Shown piece by piece: positions 1-12,154 of a stretch of DNA of 64,000 bases (the first letter of the stretch is position 1; the number at the start of each line of letters is the position of its first letter). Origin of the DNA: Octopus sinensis (lineage: Eukaryota); the NCBI RefSeq assembly GCF_006345805.1, contig NC_043009.1, positions 37,758,001-37,822,000 on the forward strand, read 5' to 3'. The notes below the pieces were generated by a model. The model worked only from the letters and a program-made list of their open reading frames with translations, had not been told where the DNA came from and made no database searches. A program made the position numbers and the translations under genes.

Positions 1-226
1 AACCCTGCTGTATTCTTTCACTACAACTTTCTTTATTTCTGTTGTACCTATATTTCAAAGGGCCAGCCTTTTGACACTTTGTGTCACGCTGAATCTCCCC
101 CAGAACTATGTTAAGGATACATGTGTCTGTAGAGTGCACATCCACTTGCACGTTAATTTCATGAGCAGGTTGTTCCGTTGATCGGATCAACTGGAACCCT
201 CGTCATCATAACTGACGTAGTGCCAC
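1..226 (+). mobile_element. SINE family C, 3' portion
   Basis: Same sequence as the reverse-oriented copy at 15160-15400 and continues the head seen at 6156 and 40455. Confidence 0.7.
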
Positions 227-297
227 GATAACTGCATTCAAATCTACATTAGCTTAAGGAAATGTTGCTTTTTAGAGCGCATGTTTTAGTAACATCA

Positions 298-612
298 TCA
301 TCGTTTATCATCCGCTTTCCATGCTTGAGATCTGGCAGACCAGACTCCAATCTGATCTGGTAGAGTTTCTACAGCTGGATGCCCTTCCTAATGCCAACCA
401 TTCCGAGAGTGTAGTGGGTGCTTTTATGTGCCACCGGCACGAGGGCCAGTCAAGGTGGTACTGGCAACGGCCACGCACAAATGGTGCTTTTTATGTGCCA
501 CCTGCACAGGAGCCAGTCCAGCAGCACTGGCAACTACCTTGCTCGAATGTTTTTTCACGTGCCCCCGGCACAAGTGCTAGTAAGGCGACGCAGGTAATGA
601 TCACACTTGAAT
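298..612 (-). mobile_element. SINE family B ((GAT)n-tailed, internal GGTGCTTTTTA repeats)
   Basis: Reverse complement of the GTTGGCGTTAGGAAGGGCATCCAGCTGTAGAAAC core that recurs more than 10 times in the window. Confidence 0.8.
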
Positions 613-1214
613 GGTAGGAAAGTGCTTGAGTAGAAGTAAAACTCATGTATGCATTCTCATACACTTTCATGCACTCAAACATCTACATAGACTCACACAC
701 ACACACACACGTATACTTCTTTCTTTCTCTCTCTCTTCCTCCCTCTCTCCTATACATGTACATACATATGTTACTGGATATAGGTTTAGTTTTTATTTAG
801 TTGGTTGCTCTGGTAATGAACTTTGGTATTTGTGATTCAGTAAGATAGCCTCAGTGTGGTAGCTCGACTTGCTAGAAATAAGTAAAAAAGCCTACAAATC
901 ATGTCCTACCATTTTAGAATATGGCGTTTAGGATATACTATACCTGAAAAAAAGGTGGAATGGTTATGGTTGGAACTCTTTTGATTATAAATATGTTCAA
1001 TCAGGCTGGGTCTGGAACATGTCCTGAATTCAGATTCCACCAAGGTCAAATTTGCCTTTCATTCTTTCAAGATCAATGTAAAAAATTGATCAATCCAGTG
1101 TGGTGGATTACAAGAGCTGTAAGAATATTGAATACAATACTTTGGGGCTATTTTATTTCTGCTCTTTGTATTCTGAGTTCAAATCTCACCACAGCCTATT
1201 TGGGTGATGAGATT

Positions 1215-1433
1215 AGCCCTGTAGCATTCAGATTACTTGTCAAATGTTATATATTCACATTTTTTATAAAATTAATCCTGTATTATCTTTTAGCTTTGAG
1301 ATTTCAAAGATGTGATTATTTATTTTTAGTATGACATTGCTGGGTAAGTGTGAAAGACTGAATCTTACCAGTTTGAACATAAAACAGGTAGAATATTTGG
1401 GCCTGGAATGGCTGGTTTAAATGTTAAAGGGTT
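1215..1433 (-). mobile_element. partial piggyBac-type MITE (same family as 10337-11338)
   Basis: Ends ...AATGTTAAAGGGTT; body is the reverse complement of 10337-10650. Confidence 0.55.
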
Positions 1434-1609
1434 GTCCACTTTAACATTACCATCTGATCTGATCCCTAATGGGAAGGAATGTTATATGATATACAGTGGG
1501 GGGAAATAAATATTTGTACATGTCAAAATTCTTTATTTAATTTCTATTGAACATAAATGGGATATACCAATACTATATTTGCATACACATGCACAAACTA
1601 AGAATATGG

Positions 1610-1866
1610 CTCCTGTGCAGGTGGCATGTAAGAAAACACCACTTGAGTGTGGTCGTTACTAGTACCGTTTGACTGGCCCTCGTGCTGGTGGCATGTAAAA
1701 GCACCCACTACACTCTCGGAGTGGTTGGCGTTAGGAAGGGCATCCAGCTGTAGAAACTCTGCCAGATCAGACTGGAGCCTGGTGCAGCCATCTGGTTCAC
1801 CAGTCCTCAGTCAAACTGTCCAACCCATGCCAGCATGGAAAGCAAACGTTAAACGATGATGATGAT
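1610..1866 (+). mobile_element. SINE family B
   Basis: Family core plus (GAT)n tail. Confidence 0.8.
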
Positions 1867-1902
1867 ATATATATATATATATACATACACATAAATGTAT
1901 AT

Positions 1903-2760
1903 ATATACCCAATGACTGGTGTAGCAACATTATACTCAGCTGTTACAAAAGTAAAGGAGATGCCTTAGAAGTCATTACAGAAGTGTCAAATTGTTGGACA
2001 AAGACATTGAAAGTTATTCAGAGAGTTAAGTCACAGTTAAGGAAGAGGATTAGATTAGATGAGATTCAATTTGGTTTTGTGCCAGGGAGAATTACTGCTG
2101 ATGCCATCATTATAGAAAGATAACTACAGAAGAACTATTTAGCAAAATGTAAGCCATCGTACTTCATATTCATCTGTCGGGAGAAAGCCTTTGATAGAGT
2201 CCCTTTCTCTGTGATCTGGTGGTCTCTGAGGAAGTTCAGGGTTGTAGAAAGGCTTGTGAAGGCCATACAAACCAAATACAAGGATGCTGTCAGTAAAGCG
2301 AGAGTTAGCCATGAGTATAGTGAAGGACTGAGATTTTAGTTAAAAGTTCACCAGGATTTGGTTCTCAGCCTCTTCCTTTTTATCATAGTCCTCTTGGTCA
2401 CAACAGAGGAATTTAAGACTGGCTGTCCTTGGGAATGATTATTTGCTGGTGACCTCATTCTCACAATGGAATCTGTTGTAGAATTAGAAAAATTTCAAGT
2501 ATGGAAGTAAAACCTCAAATCAAAGGGCCTTAAAATTAACTCAGCAAAGACAATTCTAGTAAGTAGGAAAACAGACAGAACTTCATTTCCATCAGGAAAA
2601 TGGCCCTACTTGATATGTAAGAAAGATTTTGGCAGGGATTCCATACTGTTTATCCAGTGAAGGCTATGGATATACAAGGAGTGCATTGGAATGACAAGGT
2701 TAGCAGAAAAAAATACTTTATGACAGATCTCTAGGTGTAATAAATACTAAGGAGACATGA
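1903..2760 (+). mobile_element. degenerate RTE-clade LINE, reverse transcriptase region
   Basis: Decayed frames give KGDAL...QFGFVPGR..DAI..EKAFDRVP, typical of non-LTR RT; many stops. Confidence 0.75.
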
Positions 2761-2804
2761 AAAATAAATTTTCTACACTGATCAAGAAGATCCTTAGAGC
2801 TAGT

Positions 2805-3208
2805 ACTCTCTCTTTACTCTTTTACTTGTTTTAGTCATTTGACTGTGGCCATGCTGGAGCACCACCTTTAGTCGAGCAAATCGACCCCAGGACTTATTCT
2901 TTGTAAGCCTAGTACTTATTCTATCGGTGTCTTTTGCTGAACCGCTAAGTTACAGGGACGTAAACACACCAGCATCGGTTGTCAAGTGATGTTGGGGGAC
3001 AAACACAGACACACAAACACATACACACACATACATATATACAATGGGCTTCTTTCAGTTTCTGTCTACGAAGTCCACTCACAAGGCTTTGGTTGGCCAG
3101 AGGCTATAGTAGAAGACACTTGCCCAAGGTGCCACGCAGTGGGACTGAACTCAGAACTATGTGGTTCATAAGCAAGCTACTTACCACACATCCACTCCTA
3201 TGCCTATA
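2805..3208 (-). mobile_element. tRNA-derived SINE family A, near full length
   Basis: On -: GTGTGGTAAG A-box-like and GTTCAGTCCC B-box-like head with ...ACAAGTAAAAGAG tail; interrupts the RTE element. Confidence 0.85.
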
Positions 3209-3227
3209 TAGTAGATAATTTTTGTTA

Positions 3228-3760
3228 CCTAGGAGGACCAATTGTCAGTGGAAGAAGTGCTGAAAGTATAGTTGCTAGAATAAGAAAAGGATGGAGAAAG
3301 TTCAGAAAGCTATTACCTCTGTTGGCAACAAAAGATCTCTCTCTCAGAGTGAAAGGTAGATTGTATAATGTTTGCATATAAACAGCGATGCTATGTGATA
3401 GTGAGACATGGGCCTGGAATTCGGAGGACATGCAAAGACTATGGAGGAATGAAGCTTGTATTGATCCACTGGATATGCAATGTCTGTGTGCATGTATGAT
3501 AAAGTGCAAGTTTGTTGAGAGAAAAATTAGACAGAAGAGAAAATCAGGTATAGTGTGCAAGAGAGAAGACTGTACTGGTTTGGCCCCTTGTGTTGTGCAT
3601 GGAAGAGGGCAGTTGTTTATAGTGCTGGTCACTTAAAGTGGATGGAACTGGTGATAGTGAGACATTGGATGAAGTAGTGAAAGCTGATCTCAACACGTTG
3701 AACCTCATAGAGGAAATGATGACGGACTGAAATGATCAGCAATTTCCTGAGCTCAAAAAG
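3228..3760 (+). mobile_element. degenerate RTE-clade LINE, C-terminal part (continuation of 1903-2760)
   Basis: SIVARIRKGWRKFRKLLPLL..LSLRVKGRLY...SETW motif. Confidence 0.75.
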
Positions 3761-4181
3761 TCTCATCCACATGGAGAAAATGAAGTCCTAAGAGCATTTT
3801 GTTTATGCCCACACATGCTAGGCCCTGCTCCTACACCCACCTTCCCCTTCAAGCATTCCTCTACATCTTGTCCTCTTAATACTCATCACTCCATCACTGT
3901 TCTAACTTGAGAACTGAATCAGCACATATTTCCTCTCTCATCTTTTTTTTTTTTGAGCTACATCAGTTCTTCACTCCCCGCCACTTAAAACCACTTTCTA
4001 GTAATATCCAGCCCTCATTCTCATTATCATCCCTTCCCATATAATTTCCCACTTACTACCATCTTTCAGTTAGCCTTCCCTCTACCCTGAGCTACGACTG
4101 AGACCTGTCATACCTCATCTGCAACATCCCATATCCACTCCACTCCCACCCTCCCTTATGTACCTCTGATCTGATCTCTGC

Positions 4182-4715
4182 CACTTGTTGGCATCCTTGT
4201 TGTCTCGGGAGACAATGGAGTTGCGCATAAAGTAGTCTAGTCCGGCTTTTACATTTCATGTCCTGATACATTTCCTGCTGTGTCTGTGTAGTCCTATCCT
4301 GGACAAACACTCCCTCTGGCAGGTACCGCAAATGTAGCGAAGACTGTTCCTGGCTGGTTGTAGTGCCATAGTCTCTTGTTTACGTCTCTTCCTTTCTTTC
4401 CATTTCTCCTCTCTCTCTCTGTCACTCCTTTGTATTCCCTCTTTTACAGTATGTCGCCAGTCTCCACGGTTTCCGGCAACTGCCTCCCAACCGCTAATAT
4501 TGATGTTGCAGGCCTTCATGTCCCTTTTGCAAACATCCTTGTAACATAAGAACGGTCTACCCACAGACCTAGTACCCCTAGCAAGCTCTCCATAGAGTAT
4601 GTCCTTGGGGATTCTGCCATCTTTCATACGGCTAACATGCCCAAGCCATCTCATACATCTTTGTGTGAGGAGCGCAAACATGCTTCGTATTCCTGCTTAC
4701 CTGAGGACATCTCTG
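4182..4715 (-). mobile_element. RTE-clade LINE 3' fragment with C-terminal Cys/His motif
   Basis: ORF 4256-4681: RWLGHVSRMKDGRIPKDILYGEL...CGTCQRECLSRIGLHRHSRKC. Confidence 0.85.
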
Positions 4716-4725
4716 CCACTATATA

Positions 4726-4761
<36 letters not shown>

Positions 4762-4943
4762 TATATATGTATACAATGTGTGTATGCGGTATTTATTGCA
4801 TGATACTAATGAGGTGAAGTGCAAGTTTGTATAATGTTTCTACAACTGTTATGTAATTATTTTGGCATTTTGGTGAAATGTGTGTATATCCTATAAAGCT
4901 TAGAATATTGTACCTGTTTTCTGCTTATTCTCATTATGTATAT

Positions 4944-4947
4944 GTAA

Positions 4948-4998
<51 letters not shown>
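4944..4998. repeat. (TA)n microsatellite
   Basis: Direct observation. Confidence 0.95.
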
Positions 4999-5002
<4 letters not shown>

Positions 5003-5225
5003 GTATATTTAATTGGCATGATGCACACATGCACACTCATGTTTTGAGTTCTGATTACCTGTTAGTGTCACCAAATCTATAAATACCTGTATGTTGTATA
5101 TGGTTATTATTTTAATGCAATCTGAAAAATAATCCCTGGAAAATTTACTTACGAAGAGATGCAATACTAAAAGCAAAATCAATGATATATATATACTCAC
5201 GCTTTTTTTTTGTTTATTTCCTCAG

Positions 5226-5396
5226 ATCATGGAGCATAAAAACTTGAAAAGCTTTACTTGGTCAGATTGTGGTAACAGCTCATCAACTTTGAAAGTTAAG
5301 AACCTGATTATTGGACCTGATCCAGTGGTCTTGCCTGGTGACCTCAATATTGGCTTCGATCTTGATATAACAGAAGACTTTGATGATAGCCTTTCG
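5226..5396 (+). CDS. GM2A: GM2 ganglioside activator (ML domain), first coding exon seen in the window; signal-peptide exon not found
   Basis: ttcctcag|ATC...TCG|gtaagg, 171 nt, phase 0/0; FTWSDCG...LIIGPDPVVLPGDL resembles GM2A FSWDNC...LEPDPIIVPGNV. Confidence 0.9.
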
Positions 5397-6031
5397 GTAA
5401 GGATAATGTTTCATATTTTTTTGTGTGCATTCAATGCTGATTGGGCTGACTCCTCATCAACTTTTTTCCAAACCCTGCTGCATTTCACATAGAATTTTTG
5501 GTCTTCCTAAGTCATCTTGGTGTATAAGTCAATCCATCTTTATTTTTGGCTGTAAGTTACGGTCTGAAAAAAAAAATCGAACTGCATGCAGGAAAATGCA
5601 GTAAATTCTGTGGTACCTTGGGCAAGTGTCTTCCACTGTATCCTTGGGTTAACCAAATCTTTGTGAATGGATTTGAGAGATGAAAACTGAAAGAAGTCCA
5701 TCATAAACACAAACAGTCATAAATAACAGAAATAGTTTGATGGAATTTTATTTAACAATAAGTAAATTCTAATATCAAGACTAATTCTTTCAAAACTTAA
5801 AAACATGTAAATAATTTAAAAGAAATCATTATTATATTTAATAAATAAATTATTTACATGCCTGCATTAATGCAAAATGCAAAAAATCCTTCAAAATAAT
5901 GCAGTCTTTATTATTTTCTCTTGTATTGTACTATATATTCTAAATATTTTGTAGAATGATACATTAAAAAACTTTTTTATGAGTAACACAGGATAGCTTG
6001 AATCTTTATAGTATGAGAGACACACACACAC

Positions 6032-6033
<2 letters not shown>

Positions 6034-6069
<36 letters not shown>

Positions 6070-6116
6070 TTATATATATATATTATATATATATATTATA
6101 TATATATAATATATAC

Positions 6117-6154
<38 letters not shown>

Positions 6155-6155
6155 T
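6034..6155. repeat. degenerate (TA)n microsatellite
   Basis: Direct observation. Confidence 0.9.
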
Positions 6156-6385
6156 GTGGAGGCGCAATGGCCCAGTGGTTAGGGCCCAGACCGGGCGTTG
6201 TGAGTGTTTATTGAGCGAAAACACCTAAAAGCTCCACGAGGCTCTGGCAGGGGGTGGTGATCCCTGCTGTACTCTTTCACCACTCTTTCTCCCACTCTTT
6301 CTTCTGTTGGCCTGCTCGCTTAGCCAGCGGGATGGCGTCATTCAAAGGCTAAAACAATGCAACATCTGATGGTTTGGTCGGTCAC
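6156..6385 (+). mobile_element. tRNA-derived SINE family C
   Basis: GGAGGCGCAATGGCCCAGTGGTTAGGG head, shared with 40455. Confidence 0.8.
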
Positions 6386-7009
6386 GTGATATATATATAT
6401 ACATTTATATATATATATATTATATATATATACATACATATGTGTGTATGGTGTATGTATCTTTGTTTCTCCTTGTCTTGACATCACATGACTGTTGTAA
6501 ATGAATGTTATTAATTTCCAATATTCCATAAAAACATGTCTGGCCTGGAGAAACATTAAATTGTTTGGAAACAAGAGAGGCATCTGGCTGTAGAAAATCT
6601 GCTTCAGTGAATTTCATCTGTTATATACAAGCATGGAAAGGTGAATGATTATGATGGTATTATATTCATATCCAGGGTAGTAAAACATACAAAAAAATAA
6701 GCAAACGACAGGCGTGCAACTGAGTTTTTAGCAGACATAATTCTGCCTTCATAGCACGTAAAGAAAATGTTGTAGAAATGTACACAGCACATGTACTACA
6801 GCAGTCCTATGTGTAGCTTTAATACTGAGATTAAAAGGCAGAAGCGAATTATGCCTACCTAATCTACAAGAATATAAAATATTTTGTATTTTATGCATAG
6901 TAATCAGAGCAACCTTCATAATTTTATAGAATTAGGTGCATATTTTGCCATAAAAGGAAAATGTTACTATCAATATGTTTTATTCTGGATAGGCACTGCC
7001 TACCTTGCC

Positions 7010-7425
7010 TACCCAGGTGGCATGTCCCTGGTACTGAATTCGGTGTGACACCAGTGCAAAATCACCTCCCTCCGACAAGTCATTCTAACAAGACATCTGC
7101 GTTGGCTGGGTCATGCCCTCCGTCATCAACCAGGAGAATTCATCTACAAAGCAATTGCTCCAGTTCCCCTTCAGGGTTGGCGAAAGTGATGTGGTGGACA
7201 ATGAAAAACCTGGCTGATGAAAGTCAAGGCTGATCTGGAACCCAACCTAGGTCCCCATGTCTACGGTGTTCGCCGCTGGAATAGGGAGTGGTTGGAGATC
7301 ATGTGGTCTTTAGCCTCAAATTGCCAAGCCTGATCGGTGTTTCTGAGAGATGCAGCATTGAGGATGAATGAAGCCAGCTCAACCCACCCTGGGTGAATGC
7401 TGTCTCAGGTCAGGTCAGGTCATGT
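7010..7425 (+). mobile_element. RTE-clade LINE 3' fragment
   Basis: RHLRWLGHALR...GVRRWNREW with in-frame stops; (CAGGT)n tail. Confidence 0.75.
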
Positions 7426-7619
7426 CCCTGGTATGTATATATATATATAATAGGTAAAAGTACATCAAAAGGCAAGTAGTAAGAGTACAAACAATTAATG
7501 CTCAGACCAGATCACCTAAAATCCAAGGAAGGAAGATTGGTTGACTCTTGTATAACTATTTTACTATTGCTTTGATACCATTAACAATTATCTGTCCATC
7601 TTCTATCTTATTCTCTTTT

Positions 7620-8020
7620 CTCTTTTTCTCTTTTTACTTGTTTCAGTCATTTGATGTGGCCATGCTGGAGCACCACCTTTAGTCGAGCAAATCGACCCCG
7701 GGACTTATTCTTTGTAAGCCCAGTACTTATTCTATCGGTCTCTTTTGCTGAACCGCTAAGTGCGGGGACTAACACACCCGCATCGGTTGTCAAGCAATGC
7801 TAGGGGAACAAACACAGACACACAACATATTCACACACACTTATATATATATATAATATATACGACAGGCTTCTTTCAGTTTCCGTCTACCAAATCCACT
7901 CACAAGGCATTGTCGGCCCGGGGTATAGCAGAAGACACTTGCCCAAGATGCCACGCAGTGGGACTGAACCCGGAACCATGTGGTTGGTTAGCAAGCTACT
8001 TACCAAACAGCCACTCCTGC
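7620..8020 (-). mobile_element. SINE family A
   Basis: High similarity to 26596-26982. Confidence 0.85.
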
Positions 8021-8473
8021 GCATCATCATTGTCATTATTTAACATCCATTTTCCATGCTGGCATGGATTAGACAGTTTAACTGGAACTGGTAAGCTGGT
8101 CTGATTTGGTTTGGTTTCTATGGCTGGATGCCTTTCCTAATGCCAACCACACCAAGAGTATAATGGGTACTATATATGTATATATATATGCGATTCCATG
8201 CAACTTTCATTTACTAAATTCCTTCACAAAGTATTGGTTGGTCCAGGGGATATTGTGGAAGGCACTTACCCAAAGTGTGCTGTGCAGTGGGACTGAACCC
8301 CAAATCTATGTAGTTGAGAATCAAGCTTCTTGCCCACACAACCATATTATGTGACATTATTTTGTATTTCAAGTAATCTGTAGGATTTTGTTTTCTCTCT
8401 TTTTTTTTATCTTGTACTATTTTTATTTTCTTTATTCATTTCTTTCTTTTTTTTCTGTGTCATTATTGTTCAG

Positions 8474-8644
8474 GGTTCTGTGGAAATATACAAAAAGGTT
8501 GGAGCAGAATATATTAAAATTCCTTGCATTGGAAATATTGGCTCCTGCGACTACGACGATGTATGTGGCTTAATGGAACAAATACCACAGTGTCCTCAAC
8601 CATTTATTGACAACAATATACCCTGCAAATGTCCATTTAAAAAG
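8474..8644 (+). CDS. GM2A: GM2 activator, internal exon
   Basis: ttgttcag|GGT...AAG|gttggt, 171 nt, phase 0/0; IKIPCIGNIGSCDYDDVC...CPQP...PCKCPFK has the GM2A cysteine pattern (IKIPCTDYIGSC...PCHCPFK). Confidence 0.95.
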
Positions 8645-9652
8645 GTTGGTTTATTGTTATTGCTATCATTTATAATAGTGGTTCTTGTTCAATTTTTTGC
8701 CTATGGACTCCTTCAGTTCCTGTTTCTCTCTACTGGACCCCACCATAGCCATATGATGTATATAAAAAATTTCTTATGTTATTAAGAATTGTATAAAAAT
8801 TTGTTTAAGAGTGGCTATGTGGTAAGAAGCTTACTTTTCAACCACATTGTTCTGAATTCAGAAATTTTAACAACAAAACCTTAAGCAAACTGACACTATT
8901 TGTTAAGTGTTGGGTGGGACAAACAACACAACACGAAGACACACATACACATACATTCATACATATACACAGCGGATTTCCACACAGATTTTGTCTACCA
9001 AATTCTCTCACAAGGCATTGGTTGGCTCAGAACTGTAGTAGAAGACACTTGCTCAAGGTACCACAAAGTGAGTGGAGCTGAACCCAAAACCACACAGTTG
9101 CAAAGCGATCGTCTTACCCATACAGCCATGCCAATGATCAGACTTGGATTAAGAGAGATTTTGGTCATCATGAAGATTTTCTTGCTGATTTAAGGAATGT
9201 AAACATGAGAATCAGTTTTTGAGGCTGAGTATCCAGTAGGCAGCCAATTGGCAGAGCTTTGGAGAGATTGCCATGCTTTAATCCTTCTGGCTTTCTTCAC
9301 TCTGAGTTCAAAAGCAAATTTGCCTTTCATCTCTTTGAGGTCAATTAATAAAGTACTAGGCCACTATTTGAGTCAATTCTTCTATTACTCTTGCTTTTTC
9401 TCCCTGTTTTGGAAGAAATCAGCTGTACTCAGACCTGGAGAGCAGTAGGCCTTATGTAGGGCTAAAACATGCATGAGGTATCCCCTACAACTCCATTAAT
9501 GAAATGCAGGTCCTAGACATCTGGAAGCATTCTAGTTATGCAATCAGTGTGACTAGATATTCATTGTAAATGAATCTGTATCTCACAGATGCCTCTACTC
9601 TTATTGAAATTTTCTGGCAGAATTGACATAATACAGTGTGTGTGTGTGTGTG

Positions 9653-9696
<44 letters not shown>

Positions 9697-9917
9697 CTTG
9701 TCTGTAACTTAGAGATACAGTCTATCCAACAGGCTTATAGGTGTTGCACTGTGGGATTGAACTGGGGTCTCATGATTGCAAAGTAGATTTAACTATTTGG
9801 CCAGGTACTCCCCATTCTCATACACACACACATACATATACACATACATACACACATACACTAGCACATTCACAGACATACAACATTCTAGACCCTTCCA
9901 TTTTCTTTTTTTTACAG

Positions 9918-10055
9918 AATTCCTACAAGATGCCATCTTCTCAAATTAATGTTCCGGAAGATCCTGTTCCTTCCGGAGATTACAAAGCTACAGTTCTCTT
10001 GAAACACAAGCAAGCATTTGCTGGCTGTTTGAAAGTTGCTCTGAGTATTTCTTAG
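9918..10055 (+). CDS. GM2A: GM2 activator, last coding exon
   Basis: ttttacag|AAT...TAG; SYKMPSSQINV...SGDYKATVLL...AGCLKVALSIS* matches the GM2A C-terminus. Confidence 0.92.
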   Translation, partial: NSYKMPSSQINVPEDPVPSGDYKATVLLKHKQAFAGCLKVALSIS

Positions 10056-10372
10056 GTAATTCCAAGGACTTTCCTCTTTTTATTTTGTTGAAATGTATGC
10101 ATGTGTGAATGCACCCAGACTGCACTGTCCCTATCTACAAATTGGTGCTTCATTCTCTTGGCATCACTGTCCATACAGGAGGTGTCATTTGTTTCTAATC
10201 TGGCTGTAGAAAATCTGCTACAAGGAATTCCATCTGACTGGTGCGAACATGGTAAAGTAGATATTAAAACAATGATGATGATAAGATCAAACTGATAAAA
10301 ATATAAGGTACATATGTTGAAAATATACATTCTTAACCTTTTAGTATTTAAACTGGCCATATCTGGCCCAAA

Positions 10373-10602
10373 GTGTCAGCGTCATGATCATAAGATTGTG
10401 GTTTCGATACCTGGACTGGGCGACGCGTTGTATTTTTGAGCAAAACACTTCATTTCACGCTGCTCCGGTCCACTCAGCTGGCAAAAATGAGTAATGCTGC
10501 GATGGACTGGCGTCCCATCCAGCTGAGGAACACATACGCCATAGAAACCGGGAAACCAGTCCCATGAGCCTGGCTAGGCTTTAAAAGGGCACATTTATTT
10601 AT
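10373..10602 (+). mobile_element. 5'-truncated SINE with 14-bp target-site duplication
   Basis: ATATCTGGCCCAAA at 10359-10372 and 10603-10616. Confidence 0.85.
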
Positions 10603-10699
10603 ATATCTGGCCCAAATATTCTACCTGTTCTATGTTCAAACTGGCTAAGTTTGGTCTACCTGTTAAGCCAAGTGAAATTGTAGTTGCAGCCAATGCTGG

Positions 10700-10903
10700 C
10701 ATTACATAACTGCCACCCGTATCAGTAGCATGTGAAAAGCACCTATTACTCTCCTGGAGTGGTTGGCGTTAGGAAGGGCATCCAGACATAGAAACCATGC
10801 CACATCAGACCAGAGTCTGGTGCTGCTCTCCAGCTTGCCAGCTCTGGCCAAATTGTCCAACCTATACCAGCATGGACAATGGACGTTAAATGATGATGAT
10901 GAC
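10700..10903 (+). mobile_element. SINE family B, 3' part
   Basis: Family core plus (GAT)n tail. Confidence 0.75.
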
Positions 10904-10946
10904 ATCATCAAAATCTGAAAGCTATGAGATAATGCATAGTTAATTC

Positions 10947-11275
10947 TTACTTACTTACTTGTACTTGTGACAGCATTCACCTATGGGGGGTTGAGCTGGT
11001 TTCTTTGTACCTGACGGCATCAGGAACCATGGTGGCCCACGCTCGATGGTCTTGTGCAAGGTCACTTGAGGTAGTGAGCCATTCGCGGTTCCATCTGCGC
11101 AGACCGACCACCTGCAGACCTGAGAGTTCAGAGATGTCCTCCTTAATCGTTGTTGCCCAGGTCTTCAGCTGCCCGCCCTTGCGTGTGCGCCAGCTTGGAG
11201 GTGGGAGGAGGACATCGCGAATCAGCTCGCCCTCTGGACACCGGGCCGCATGACCGAACCACCTTAAGCACCGTG
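10947..11275 (-). mobile_element. RTE-clade LINE 3' end
   Basis: RCLRWFGHAAR...LRRWNREW on -; (TAAG)n tail; TAATTC duplicated at 10941-10946 and 11276-11281. Confidence 0.85.
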
Positions 11276-11402
11276 TAATTCAAAGCAATGTGAATAAATA
11301 AGCATTACATTTGTCAGAATAATTTGAATGCTAAAGGGTTAAAATGAAAATAATTGTGTGAATAATTATAATTATTATATATATATTTTTTTATTTCTAT
11401 AG

Positions 11403-11520
11403 GTTGGTTGTTGCCAGTTACACAGCATTCCAGATTTGCACTGTGCTTATATACAGACGTTCCTTTGGAAGAGAAGCTTACATATTTATACTTTTATAAA
11501 TAAAATTGCAATTTCTTATA
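11403..11520 (+). other. GM2A: putative non-coding terminal exon (3' UTR) of GM2A
   Basis: TTTTTTTATTTCTATAG acceptor at 11402, AATAAA at 11499-11504, GT/T-rich tract near 11551; donor AG|GTAATT directly after the stop codon. Confidence 0.5.
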
Positions 11521-11811
11521 TAAAAAAATGTTCTCATCTCAAATTCTTCAGTGTTTTTCTCCCTCTCTCCTCTTTCTCCCAATCCATCCCTCTCTCATGC
11601 ACACAATGTTTCCTTTCTTTTTATTATTGCTCACTGGGCTGGCATACTGGATAAAGGGTTAAATTACTGGACCACTGAGCAGACTGTTACTTGGTCAAAT
11701 TTTACTACAATAGCCACTGTCAGGTACAACACAGGTAATTGGCATACTTTAAAAAAAAAACTAAAAAAACTAAGGAAGATAACTCCAAGTAGTCAGTGGC
11801 CTGTATTTGAA

Positions 11812-12154
11812 CAACAGAACACCATCCGAGCGTGATCGTTGCCAGACTAGCCAACTGGCTTCCGTACCCGTGGCATGTAAAAGGGCACCATTTGAGCGTG
11901 ATCGTTACCAACGCCGCTTCACTGGCACCTGTGCCGGTGGCACGTGTAAAAAGATTTGAGCGAGGTCATTGCCAGTACCGCCTGACTGGCCCCCGTGCAG
12001 GTGGCACGTAAAAAGCACCCACTACATCCAGCTGTAGAAACTCTGCCAGATCAAAACTGGAGCCTGGTGCAGCCATCTGGTTGCCAGCCCTCAGTCAAAA
12101 TCGTCCAACCCATGCTAGCATGGAAAACGGATGTTAAATGATGATGACGATGAT
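11812..12154 (+). mobile_element. SINE family B with internal repeats
   Basis: Family core, repeated GGCACGTAAAAAGCAC units, (GAT)n tail. Confidence 0.8.

Larger units (their letters stand above)
10337..11338 (+). mobile_element. piggyBac-type MITE hosting three nested insertions
   Basis: TTAA|CCTTTTAG ... CTAAAGGG|TTAA; the MITE body is collinear across the inserts. Confidence 0.65.

Noticed and set aside
5009-5200. - strand ORF with a signal-peptide-like start
   Set aside because: GTG start, antisense to the GM2A intron, and no recognisable protein continuation
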